Origin: Candidatus Buchananbacteria bacterium
Lineage (GTDB): Bacteria > Patescibacteriota > Patescibacteriia > Buchananbacterales > UBA6539
Direction: 5' to 3'
Length of the DNA: 64,000 nt
NCBI GenBank assembly: GCA_013359225.1
Contig: JABWCG010000001.1
Location: 70,410-134,409, forward strand
Numbering within the stretch: the stretch's first letter is position 1; every line of letters begins with the position of its first letter. The position numbers and the translations under genes were made by a program. Shown here one piece after another: positions 18,932-28,539 of this stretch. The notes below the pieces were generated by a model. The model searched no databases. It saw only the letters and a list, made by a program, of their open reading frames with translations, and was not told the DNA's origin.

Positions 18932-19495
18932 ATGAAATCCTCAAATTTCAAGGAAAAAGCCCTATTAATACGGATAAAAAAGAAGGACCCGCAGGCTTTT
19001 TCTGAAGTGTATGATTTGTACGTTACACCTATATATAGGTTTATTTATTTTAAGGTCGCAACCAAACAGGATGCTGAAGATTTGACCTCGGAAGTTTTTC
19101 TGAAGATCTGGCAATATGTAACCGAAACGGAAGAAGAAATCCAAAATCTGCGCGCACTATTGTACCGCACTGCCAGAAATTTGGTTATTGATTTTTATCG
19201 CCGCAATGCCAAACGGGACTTAACGCAGGATTTGGAAGTGCTGGAAACAATAAAAGATGAACGACAGCAAAGCCTCCTGACGCAGATTGATACGGCGTTT
19301 GACATGAAAAATATTGAAAGCATTTTGCGGCAGCTTAAAGATGAATATCGTGAAGTAATCATTTTACGTTTCATCGAAGAATTATCAATTACTGAAATTG
19401 CAAAAGTTTTAGAAAAATCAAAGGGTTCAGTTAGAGTGCTATTGCACCGGGCGCTAAAAGTCGCCAGAGAACTCCTCAACGAAGATGGAAAATAA
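18932..19495 (+). CDS. ECF-type sigma-70 family RNA polymerase sigma factor.
   Basis: Region 2 (…YRFIYFKVATKQDAEDLTSEVFLKIW…) and region 4 HTH (…ELSITEIAKVLEKSKGSVRVLLHRALK…). Confidence 0.85.
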   Translation: MKSSNFKEKALLIRIKKKDPQAFSEVYDLYVTPIYRFIYFKVATKQDAEDLTSEVFLKIWQYVTETEEEIQNLRALLYRTARNLVIDFYRRNAKRDLTQDLEVLETIKDERQQSLLTQIDTAFDMKNIESILRQLKDEYREVIILRFIEELSITEIAKVLEKSKGSVRVLLHRALKVARELLNEDGK

Positions 19496-20372
19496 CGTTA
19501 TTAACGAAATTAAAAATTTAAAACAACAAGTTGTTCCCCGAGCCGAATGGGTGAGTTCGACGCGGGATTTTTTGTTGCAGCAAATTGCAACTGATGCCGC
19601 TTCAGAAAAAGTTTCAGTTGGTATGACGGGATATTGGTCAATTTTTAACCAGACGTTTCGTCAGCGAATGTTTGAGCCGGCGCTGGTAATGATGTTGTTG
19701 TTAGTTTCTTTTGTTGGCAGCAGCCTGACAATCAATGCCGCTTTTTACAGTCTGCCGGGAGATAGTCTCTATAAAGTAAAATTAGCTTTAGAGCAAACGC
19801 ACGTGGCATTGGTGACTGACGAAGAAAAGAAAGTGGAGCTTAAGATGGAATTTGCTCAGAAGCGCGCAGTGGAATTTGATAAGATTGTTGCTCAGTCAGA
19901 TGTGTCCCCGGAAGCCAAGAAGAAAAAGATTGAAGAGGTGGTCAAGGAATTCAAAAATAATGTTGCTGAAGTAAATACTCATTTATCAAAAATTAACCAA
20001 GAAGCCCCAGAAGCGGATCGCAGTTTGAATGTTAAGATGGCATTAACGATTAGTGAAAAGACCGAAGAACTGGCGAAGAATATTGATAAGACCACTAGTA
20101 ACTTAGGTGAAGTTGATAAGAAAGAATTAGAAGGAATTTTAGCTGAGGCTGTACAGTCAGTTCAGGATGTTGGTTTGGCGGCTCAGCAACTAATTAATGA
20201 TGCGCAAATCCCAGCAGGAGATCAGGAAACCGGAGAAGTGCAGGGTGCAACTAACGATGCTGCTGAAACGCCTGAGACAGGGGATGCTAATAATACCGTT
20301 CAAGATGAAACAAAAACCGACGGCGCTACCGTCGAGGAGGTGGTTGAGCAAGTTGAGCCGGCAGGTAATTAA
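19485..20372 (+). CDS. Putative membrane-anchored anti-sigma factor.
   Basis: Overlaps the sigma-gene stop. Cytoplasmic N-terminal about 50 aa, one TM helix (ALVMMLLLVSFVGSSLTI), then an acidic coiled-coil-like extracytoplasmic domain. Confidence 0.5.
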   Translation: MENNVINEIKNLKQQVVPRAEWVSSTRDFLLQQIATDAASEKVSVGMTGYWSIFNQTFRQRMFEPALVMMLLLVSFVGSSLTINAAFYSLPGDSLYKVKLALEQTHVALVTDEEKKVELKMEFAQKRAVEFDKIVAQSDVSPEAKKKKIEEVVKEFKNNVAEVNTHLSKINQEAPEADRSLNVKMALTISEKTEELAKNIDKTTSNLGEVDKKELEGILAEAVQSVQDVGLAAQQLINDAQIPAGDQETGEVQGATNDAAETPETGDANNTVQDETKTDGATVEEVVEQVEPAGN

Positions 20373-20631
20373 TTTAGAAAACCCGGCCATTAATGGCTCG
20401 AGTTTTAAATAAAGTTCTTAATAATTTTTGGAGCAATTAGGGTCTAATCTCCCCTTGGACTGTTAAAGTAAAGGTCGGTTCGAGCTATTCGAAACTTTAA
20501 TGGACTAAGGATTCTGGAGTTAGATGGCCCCTTAAATAAGGGTCCGTATGATGTTATTAGGTTCGCCTAGGCGTAATATCATCTAAGCCTAACCGAGAAT
20601 ATTTAAGAGCTTAAGAAAGGAATAATTTAAC

Positions 20632-23600
20632 ATGATTAAAAGACTATTGACCTACGCTGTTGTTATTACAACCGTTGTCTGGTCAGTTGGTTTACTAGCC
20701 ACTCCGATTGCAGTTGGTGCTGCTGTCAGCGGTGACTTGATCAAGCTCCAGTGTGCTGCTGGTGCTGACGTCAACGATCCTTGCCGTGCAGTCTACTACT
20801 TGGGTGCTGATGGTAAGCGATATGTCTTCCCAAATGAGAAGACCTACAAAACCTGGTACTCAGACTTCAGCGGCGTTCAGACCGTTTCACAAACCGAAAT
20901 GAGTTCATACCCAATCGGTGGAAACGTTACGTACCGCCCAGGTGTCAAGCTAGTAAAAATTACTACTGATCCAAAAGTATATGCAGTCGGTTCCAATGGC
21001 ACCCTTCACTGGGTAACCACTGGCGAAATCGCCGAGGCTCTTTACGGAGCTACTTGGGCCACGATGGTCGAAGACGTTCCTGATGCCTTCTTCGTCAACT
21101 ACACTGTTGGTAGCGACATTAATGCTGCTGCTGACTACAACAAGCAGACTGAGATGGACAATGCTGCGACAATCAATGATGACAAGAACCTCGGTGGCGG
21201 CGCTTCAACTGGAACCAGCTTGAACGTTGCTTTGGCTTCTGACACCCCAGCTACCGGTTTAATTGTTGGTAATTCAATCAACAACAAATTCACCAAAGTG
21301 AATTTGACCGCTTCAGCTGACGGTGACATGGTCATTGACCAGCTCGTCGTCCGACGCGGTGGCACCATTGCTGCTGACAGTGCGTTCTCATCAATTGCTA
21401 TTATTGATGCTGCCACTGGCGCCAGAATTGGTAACACCAAAACCTTGAATTCACAGCATATGGCTGTCTTCAATGAAGACATCACCGTAGCCGCTGGTAC
21501 CACCAAGTCAATCTACTTGGCCGGTAACATGGCTGCTAGCCTAGCTACTAACGCTGGTGAAATCCCAACCCTCGACTTGTACTCAGTTACTTTGTCAGGT
21601 GGTGGCGCCGTTATCGGCAGCTTGCCAATCGTTGGTAATTACCAGACTTTGAACGGTACTATCACTATTGGTGCTTTGTCAGTTTCTGACGGCTCCAACA
21701 ACCCGGATGCTTCAACCCAGAAGATTGGTACAACTAACTACCTAGTTTCAGGTTTCAAGTTGGTTGCCAACTCAGTTGAAGACTTCCACGTCACTTCAAT
21801 CACCTTTGACCAGGGTGGTACTGCTGCAGACGATGACGTTAGCAACCTCGATCTTATCATCGACGACACTATCGTTAAGACTGTCGCTGCTCCATCAAAC
21901 GGCAAAGTGATGTTTGACTTGTCAGCCAGCCCAGTGTTGGTTGAAAAGGGTAAGACTGTTCAAGTCGACCTACAACTTGACATCGCCGACGGTTCAAGCC
22001 GAACTATTCGCTTTGACATTGAAGACGAGTCAGACATTGTAGCTCGCGGACAGCTTTACGGTGCAGAAGTTAAGGTATCTGACGGTGGCGCAGGTGCTGC
22101 ATCAGATGCTACCCCATTCTGGACTGCTCCAGTGACCACTGTTGATACTGGTTCTCTAAGAATTGGTGCTGCTACTTTGAGCGCTGCCAATATCCCAGAG
22201 GATTCAGATCAGGTTGTTTTGGGTAAGTTCGAATTCGAAGCTAAGGGTGAACCAGTTGAAATTTCTTCATTGCCGATTGGCTTTAGAATTGCTACTTCAA
22301 CAGGAAGTTTGGCAACTGACAGTGGAGTTGATTTGACCAACATCACTGTTTATGATGCGAACGGCGCGATTGTCGCTGGTCCATCTGACCCGACTTACAA
22401 GATTCACACCTCGGATTCCACCGCATTATTGCAAGTAACTTCAACCGACACCTTCACTGTTCCAACCGGTCTACACATTTACACCATTAAAGGTGACGTT
22501 GACTCAGACTTTGGCACCAACGACACAATCGTTGCCCATATTAAGCCAGGTCAGGTTACTGCTAAGGGTGAAACAACCGGTTTGACTGTGACCCCAACTC
22601 CAACCACCAGTGAATTGACCTCAGCTACCATGACTGTTCAGTCAGCCCAGTTAGCTGTTTCCGTTTCTTCATTGCCGGTTGCTCAGAGTGTGGTTGCTGG
22701 TACTAAAGGCTTCACCTTTGCCAACGTGGTCTTAGGTGCTGAATCTTCAGGAGAAGACATTAAAGTTACTTCTCTTAAGGTTCAGGTTGATTGTCTAGCT
22801 ACCTGCAGTCCTTCCCAGACTTCAAACTGGAGTCTCTACGATGGTGCGACCAAGTTGTCAGTCACCAACGATCCAGACTCACAGGTTGGAACCAAGACGA
22901 CTGCTGCTGATGATGCTACTTCAACCTTCAACCTCACCACTCCGTTGGTGATTGCGAAGGGTACTTCAAAGACTTTGACCGTCAAGGCTGATCTCAGCAC
23001 TGACGCCACTTCCGGCACAATCACTGTCGGTATTGAAGACACCACCAGCTCAACCATTACTGCTAAAGGTAACAACAGCGGTTTGGATGCTGCCTTAACT
23101 GTCAGCGTTTCAGACGGTCAGACAATGACCTTGAACTCAGGCGGTGCTTTGACCATCACCCGAGACACTACGTCTCCAAAAGATGGCCTATTGCCTGCTA
23201 ACTCCGAAGGTTTGACCTTCGCTGTGTTCAGCGCTGTTGCCCAGTACGAAGATGTAAATATTGAGAAGCTATACCTCACTGCAGTTCAGGCTAACAGCGG
23301 CGGTCTAGACCAGATCAATAAGGTTTACATCTACAACGGCAGCACCAAGTTGGCTGAAGTTACTCCAACTTCAACTGACGGTACTGACCGAACTGTCTTG
23401 ATCGATGTCACCAACAACCCAATCGTTGTTGCCAAGGACACTAGCGTTAAGTTGACCATCAAGGTTGACACCGCTAACTCCAACTACGAAGTCGGTTCAA
23501 AGGGTGCTTCTGGTCAGGGTCTATGGTTGAAGATTGCTTCCGCTGCTGATGTCACCGCTAAGGGTGCTCAGTCCGGAACAACTTTGGCCACAGCTGCGAA

Positions 23601-24354
23601 GACCATTAACAATGCTTCGTCAACTGCTCAGTACTTGTTCCGATCCGTCCCGACTCTTGCCACCAACGACTTATTGTCAAGTGGTAAGGTCTCAGGCGGT
23701 ACCTTAACTGCTGGTACTGAAGCTTCAAAGAGTTTGTACGCCTTCTCGGTGACTGCAGACTCAAAGGGTGACATTGCTTTGCATCGTGTCAACTTCAACA
23801 TTTCAACCAACGTCGCTACCATCACTAACATGATGATTACCGACGGTACTGAAAATGTTGCATACCAGTTGTCAGCCGGTTCAAGCTTTATCGGCACCAA
23901 CGATGCTGGCACTGATTCCTGGACTGGAGAAGCTCCGTTCTTCTTCGTCAACAATCAGACCGCCCCATCAGCGTACACCGGAACGAACGTTGTTCCTTAC
24001 GTCATTCCTGCCGGTACCACCAAGACCTTCACCCTTAAAGGTGATGTCCAGTGTGCCGCAGTTGGCGGAAGCGACTGTTCAACTTCAAGTGGAAGCGGAT
24101 CACTTAGTATCCAGATGCTCGGCGATACCTCATTGCTAGGTACCGTCCCAACTGGTGCTACTGCTCTTGCTGCCTCTGATGCTAAATTGGGTGACGCTGC
24201 ATTCGTCTGGTCAGATCTATGGCGAACCAGCATCCAGGGTATTTCATCAACAACCGCTTCAACCACCGAACAGTGGTCAAACGGTGCCTACGTTGCTTTG
24301 AGCAATGGCGGTAAGATGATTGCCACCTCTTCAGCTGTTACCTTCAGCCGCTAA
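20632..24354 (+). CDS. Large secreted repetitive surface protein (1240 aa). S-layer/cell-surface glycoprotein candidate.
   Basis: N-terminal signal/TM. About 30% Thr+Ser plus abundant Gly/Ala/Val. Recurring about 100-150-aa units that each end in …(V/I)TAKG(x)2SG…. About 240-nt leader. Strong terminator downstream. Confidence 0.7.
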   Translation: MIKRLLTYAVVITTVVWSVGLLATPIAVGAAVSGDLIKLQCAAGADVNDPCRAVYYLGADGKRYVFPNEKTYKTWYSDFSGVQTVSQTEMSSYPIGGNVTYRPGVKLVKITTDPKVYAVGSNGTLHWVTTGEIAEALYGATWATMVEDVPDAFFVNYTVGSDINAAADYNKQTEMDNAATINDDKNLGGGASTGTSLNVALASDTPATGLIVGNSINNKFTKVNLTASADGDMVIDQLVVRRGGTIAADSAFSSIAIIDAATGARIGNTKTLNSQHMAVFNEDITVAAGTTKSIYLAGNMAASLATNAGEIPTLDLYSVTLSGGGAVIGSLPIVGNYQTLNGTITIGALSVSDGSNNPDASTQKIGTTNYLVSGFKLVANSVEDFHVTSITFDQGGTAADDDVSNLDLIIDDTIVKTVAAPSNGKVMFDLSASPVLVEKGKTVQVDLQLDIADGSSRTIRFDIEDESDIVARGQLYGAEVKVSDGGAGAASDATPFWTAPVTTVDTGSLRIGAATLSAANIPEDSDQVVLGKFEFEAKGEPVEISSLPIGFRIATSTGSLATDSGVDLTNITVYDANGAIVAGPSDPTYKIHTSDSTALLQVTSTDTFTVPTGLHIYTIKGDVDSDFGTNDTIVAHIKPGQVTAKGETTGLTVTPTPTTSELTSATMTVQSAQLAVSVSSLPVAQSVVAGTKGFTFANVVLGAESSGEDIKVTSLKVQVDCLATCSPSQTSNWSLYDGATKLSVTNDPDSQVGTKTTAADDATSTFNLTTPLVIAKGTSKTLTVKADLSTDATSGTITVGIEDTTSSTITAKGNNSGLDAALTVSVSDGQTMTLNSGGALTITRDTTSPKDGLLPANSEGLTFAVFSAVAQYEDVNIEKLYLTAVQANSGGLDQINKVYIYNGSTKLAEVTPTSTDGTDRTVLIDVTNNPIVVAKDTSVKLTIKVDTANSNYEVGSKGASGQGLWLKIASAADVTAKGAQSGTTLATAAKTINNASSTAQYLFRSVPTLATNDLLSSGKVSGGTLTAGTEASKSLYAFSVTADSKGDIALHRVNFNISTNVATITNMMITDGTENVAYQLSAGSSFIGTNDAGTDSWTGEAPFFFVNNQTAPSAYTGTNVVPYVIPAGTTKTFTLKGDVQCAAVGGSDCSTSSGSGSLSIQMLGDTSLLGTVPTGATALAASDAKLGDAAFVWSDLWRTSIQGISSTTASTTEQWSNGAYVALSNGGKMIATSSAVTFSR

Positions 24355-24388
24355 TAGCGAAGCGAGAAGACTAACTAGTCTGTAACCT

Positions 24389-24420
24389 AAAAAGTCCCCT
24401 GCGAAAGTGGGGGACTTTTA
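24389..24420 (+). terminator. Rho-independent terminator after the surface-protein gene.
   Basis: Perfect 10-bp stem aaaagtcccc/ggggactttt, followed by a T-rich tract. Confidence 0.7.
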
Positions 24421-24464
24421 GGTTTGATTATTTCTGATTTTTTTGCTAAATTTAACTTATATTT

Positions 24465-26168
24465 ATGTTGAAATCGCTTTTAAAAATTAAATATCTTTTG
24501 CCAGCTATAGTCTTTGTGATAGCGGCGATTTTAATTTTTGGCGGCCTCACGCGAGCTGACGTTCAGCATGATGATGCAACGTATTCTTTCCGTTCGCTGG
24601 GCTATTTGGATTTTATGAATTCGCAGTTGCAAACCACGCCGTTACAGTGGTTTGAAACCGTTCCGACTTGGTCAAAACTGTCATTTCATGACCATCCACC
24701 ATTAACCTTTGCCCTGCAACATGTTTCTTTCAAGTTGTTTGGCCCGTCGCTGTTTGCGTCGCGCTTGCCTTCTGCGCTGGCCGGAGTGTTTTCGGTTGTT
24801 CTGTTATTTCTTATTGCTAAAAAACAGTATGATTTTAAAACGGCAGCTTTGGCCAGCGCTTTGTTGGGAGTACTAGCAATTCATTCCTGGATGAGTCAGA
24901 TTTCTTATTTAGAACCAGTTGCCGTTTTTCTGATTTTACTGACAGTATATTTATTTATCCTTGCTTTAGAAAAAGAAATATGGTGGCTTGGCTTTGGCGC
25001 CAGTTTGGGTTTAACGCTTTTAACTAAATACACAGTATTATTCATCATTCCGGCGCTGGCAATATATCTTTTATTGTATCACCGTAAAATATTTTTTAAT
25101 AAGTATTTTATTGTTTCTATGGTGTTGGCAGTTCTGATTTTTTCGCCGGTGGTGTACTACAATATCAAAATGTATCAAGCTCGCGGACACTTTGATTTGC
25201 AGCTTTCAGTGTTATTAAATCAGGATCGTTCTGATTGGCCGGGCATATCGCGCAACAGTGCCGGTGTTAATTTTCTTAACAACCTGACGACAATTTTTAA
25301 AGATTTATTTGCTGTTATCTCTTTACCAATGTATTTGATGCTTTGCTTTTTAACAATATATGGCGCCATTATGAGCTTTATTGAGCGTCAAAAAAACAAA
25401 ACCAATTTTATTTTTTTGCTGTTGTTGCTATTTGTAACAATTTTAATTGCCGTCACCGGCGCTGTTGTCCGATTCGATTATCTGCTGCTACCCTTTGTGG
25501 TGGTTATTGCTAGTTGGGCATCGTTTGATATTTATCAGCGTTATATCGCATCTCGGCCTGACCGGAAAGGACGAACGATTATTATCTTGCTGGCTTTGGG
25601 TGCAGTAATAGTATTTGAACTGTTTTACAACATTAATACTAATCTGCTCGCCATACCGCTTGGTGAGCGGGGTAGAGCATACTCGGAATACCGCTGGGAA
25701 AACGGCGGATTTAATGAGTTGGAAGAATATTTGATTAGTCAGGGTCTACATTTTGAAATCACCAATCACGTCGATTCTTTGAGCGACACGATGTTTCAGG
25801 CTGATCAGTTGTCCGGGCAAAAGGTTTTTGTCTATGATCCAAACTTGAATTGGTTTTCAACAATGTGGTATTTTTCAAAGTGGTCGGTGTACAATAGAGA
25901 GTTTTTTATTTCGGCAGCGGATTTGATGCGTATCTTGCCGAACACTAATTGGTTTGATTTCTTTAAGGAGCAGGGAGCTGAAACTATCTATTATATTCGG
26001 GGGGCAAATAAGGTTGTATTCGGCCCGGGTGAAGTAGAGGCGGTGAATCAGCAGTCGGCCAGCGCCTTGGAAAATATTTTTATTTCTTCTGGGGCCAAGG
26101 CGGATTTAGTCCGTAATGCAAATGATGATTTAGCTTTTAAAGTTTATAAAATTAATTTACAAGAGTAA
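24465..26168 (+). CDS. Glycosyltransferase family 39 (PMT/ArnT-like GT-C, polyprenyl-phosphate-sugar-dependent), paralog 1.
   Basis: Polytopic. N-terminal region …LSFHDHPPLTFALQHVSFKLFG…RLPSALAGV… is typical of GT39/GT83 proteins. Large C-terminal soluble domain. Confidence 0.65.
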   Translation: MLKSLLKIKYLLPAIVFVIAAILIFGGLTRADVQHDDATYSFRSLGYLDFMNSQLQTTPLQWFETVPTWSKLSFHDHPPLTFALQHVSFKLFGPSLFASRLPSALAGVFSVVLLFLIAKKQYDFKTAALASALLGVLAIHSWMSQISYLEPVAVFLILLTVYLFILALEKEIWWLGFGASLGLTLLTKYTVLFIIPALAIYLLLYHRKIFFNKYFIVSMVLAVLIFSPVVYYNIKMYQARGHFDLQLSVLLNQDRSDWPGISRNSAGVNFLNNLTTIFKDLFAVISLPMYLMLCFLTIYGAIMSFIERQKNKTNFIFLLLLLFVTILIAVTGAVVRFDYLLLPFVVVIASWASFDIYQRYIASRPDRKGRTIIILLALGAVIVFELFYNINTNLLAIPLGERGRAYSEYRWENGGFNELEEYLISQGLHFEITNHVDSLSDTMFQADQLSGQKVFVYDPNLNWFSTMWYFSKWSVYNREFFISAADLMRILPNTNWFDFFKEQGAETIYYIRGANKVVFGPGEVEAVNQQSASALENIFISSGAKADLVRNANDDLAFKVYKINLQE

Positions 26169-26169
26169 T

Positions 26170-26865
26170 ATGAAATTAAAATTAGCAAACAGTATTGGAG
26201 GGGCTTTGGTATTAATTGCCGTTATTGCCATTGGTGCATACTATTTTTTACCAAAAGATTTTTTGAAATTTACCGATTCGGCCAAAAACTATTTTGAATT
26301 AACTGTTTTGCGAGACGATTTGTCAGCTGAAGACTTGGCAAAGTATCAAGAACAATTTGATTTGGTGGTGGCCCAAATTCAGAGTAATCAGGATTATGTC
26401 GATCCGTGGTTTGATTTGGCTAGAATTAAAAAGTATGTGGGCGATTACCGCGGGTCTGAAGCCGCTTTAATTAAGGCGGGCGAAATTAGGCCAAATAACA
26501 GCACTTCTTTTACTAATTTGGCTGATTTGTATGCTAATTTCCTTGGGGAATATGATAAGGCCGAAATCGCTTACCAGACCGCCATTGCGAACTCTTTGGG
26601 AGAATGGGGTAACGATAAATTGTACCGTGAGTATGCTTATTTTGTGGAAAACCATCTCAAAGACCCTGCTCGGGCAACCTCAATTTTAGTTGACGGTTTA
26701 GAGGATAATCCTCAAAGTATTGATTTGATGACGGTATTAGCAGATCTTTATAAGCGTCAGGGTGACGTTGATAACGCGCTCAAGTATTATCGTGAGGCTT
26801 TGAAGATTGACCCAGAAGATGACGCGATTCGCCAAGAAATTAGCAATCTGCAAAACGCAAAGTAA
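26170..26865 (+). CDS. TPR-repeat protein with N-terminal TM anchor.
   Basis: Several 34-aa TPR-like repeats (…AEIAYQTAI…, …ALKYYREALKIDPED…). Confidence 0.7.
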   Translation: MKLKLANSIGGALVLIAVIAIGAYYFLPKDFLKFTDSAKNYFELTVLRDDLSAEDLAKYQEQFDLVVAQIQSNQDYVDPWFDLARIKKYVGDYRGSEAALIKAGEIRPNNSTSFTNLADLYANFLGEYDKAEIAYQTAIANSLGEWGNDKLYREYAYFVENHLKDPARATSILVDGLEDNPQSIDLMTVLADLYKRQGDVDNALKYYREALKIDPEDDAIRQEISNLQNAK

Positions 26866-26877
26866 GATATTTATTTC

Positions 26878-28539
26878 ATGAATAAAAAATTATTCAGCTA
26901 CTTACTGCTTGGCTTAATAATTTTTACCGCTGGTTTTTTACGTTTTTATCAGTTGGATCATTCTGATGTTATTAATGATGAAGCGATTATTGGTTTTCGC
27001 TCAATCGGGTATATTGATTTTTTCTCGTCGCCATATCAGACCACTCCTTGGGAGTGGTTTTCTGATGTCCCGGCCTGGGCGAGACTGTCATTTCATGATC
27101 ATCCGCCTTTAACGTTTGTGTTGCAGCACATTTCGTTTAAGCTGTTTGGACAAAACCTCTTTGCTTTGCGCTTGCCGTTTGCCCTGGCTGGTGTTGCTTC
27201 TGTTGTGTTGCTTTATCTGATCGCCAAAAATTTGTACGGCAAAAAGTCGGGCATCATTGCCGCCTTATTGCTAGCCGTTAGCAGCTACCACGTATGGGTA
27301 AGCCGAACCGGACTGCAGGAGGCGTTAGTTATTTTCTTTATCTTGTTAACGTTGTTCTTATTTTTGAAAGCTTTGGAAAATGGCCAACATTGGTGGTGGG
27401 GGATTAGTTTAGGGCTTGCGATGCTGACTAAATACACGACATTCATTTTGCCGCTGGGTTTTATTTGTTATTTATTTTTTTTCAAGCGGTCAGTTCTAGT
27501 TAATAAAAAATTTTGGCTGGCAATTTGTTTAGCGGCTTTAATTTTTAGCCCGGTCATTTTTTACAATATAAAAATGTACCAAACAGTTGGGCATTTTGAT
27601 TTGCAATTTTCGTATTTGTTTGGTCAGCAAGTTGCGGAGTGGCAGTCGTTACCTGGCAAAGAACAAATGGGAGATTTTATTGACCGCTTAAAAAATATCA
27701 TACCCGCGATCTACCAGGGATTCTTGTGGCCGATGTTTTTTATGCTGATTGCATCGTTTGGATTTTTAGGATTAAAGATTTTTAAATCAAGAGTTGATAA
27801 CGACGCTAAAAAAAATTGGTTGCCGGTTATTGCGATTATTTTCTATCTTTTATTCTTCTTATTAATTGGCCCGTCGAAAAGATTTGTGGTTATCTTGGTT
27901 CCTTTTGTTATTTTATTAATCGCTTGGTTTATCGGCAGTTTGCCACGAGCCGCAAGAATTATTTTATTGATAATTTTAATCCCGCTTGAAATATTTTTCA
28001 GTTGCAATACTTTATTGGCATATAACCCGATTGGTACAAGAGGCTTAACGTATTCTTATTTAGATATTGAAAATTATAATTGGGGGTATAATCAGCTTGA
28101 TTCGTACTTATCAAATATTTTGGCTGATAAAAAACCAGCATTTAGCCTGGAAACCAAGTATCCATTTTTAGAAACTATTCGTAAAAAATCGCTTAATGAA
28201 GCTAAAAATAAGTCGGAATTAGCGGCGTTAATTGTTTATGATCCAAATTTTTATGACCTTGCGACTTTTTGGACTTTTCATCGAAGATTAGTATATGCGT
28301 CTTGGCCAATTGTCAGCGCTGACGTGTATCTGCAGCAAGGAAAAGATTTTTGGCAATCCCAGGGGATTAGTGACGTTTATTTTTTCAAGATCAAAGACCC
28401 GCTGATTTTAAGCCAGTCAGTTACCGTTTTTTCCACCGCCGCTGAGGAGCTGGCGAATAGTTTTGATAGTATCCAGCCGGATATTATAAAGCGGCCTGAC
28501 GGCCGCGAGGTTTTTGAGGTGTACCACTGGCAATTTTAA
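26878..28539 (+). CDS. Glycosyltransferase family 39 (PMT/ArnT-like), paralog 2.
   Basis: …LSFHDHPPLTFVLQHISFKLFGQNLFALRLPFALAGV… is near-identical in motif layout to paralog 1. Confidence 0.65.
   Translation: MNKKLFSYLLLGLIIFTAGFLRFYQLDHSDVINDEAIIGFRSIGYIDFFSSPYQTTPWEWFSDVPAWARLSFHDHPPLTFVLQHISFKLFGQNLFALRLPFALAGVASVVLLYLIAKNLYGKKSGIIAALLLAVSSYHVWVSRTGLQEALVIFFILLTLFLFLKALENGQHWWWGISLGLAMLTKYTTFILPLGFICYLFFFKRSVLVNKKFWLAICLAALIFSPVIFYNIKMYQTVGHFDLQFSYLFGQQVAEWQSLPGKEQMGDFIDRLKNIIPAIYQGFLWPMFFMLIASFGFLGLKIFKSRVDNDAKKNWLPVIAIIFYLLFFLLIGPSKRFVVILVPFVILLIAWFIGSLPRAARIILLIILIPLEIFFSCNTLLAYNPIGTRGLTYSYLDIENYNWGYNQLDSYLSNILADKKPAFSLETKYPFLETIRKKSLNEAKNKSELAALIVYDPNFYDLATFWTFHRRLVYASWPIVSADVYLQQGKDFWQSQGISDVYFFKIKDPLILSQSVTVFSTAAEELANSFDSIQPDIIKRPDGREVFEVYHWQF

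Noticed and set aside
20632-24354. CRISPR-like or tandem nucleotide repeats inside the surface-protein gene.
   Set aside because: Repetition is at the protein-domain level (about 100-150 aa, divergent), not short identical DNA repeats with spacers. No CRISPR array anywhere in the window.
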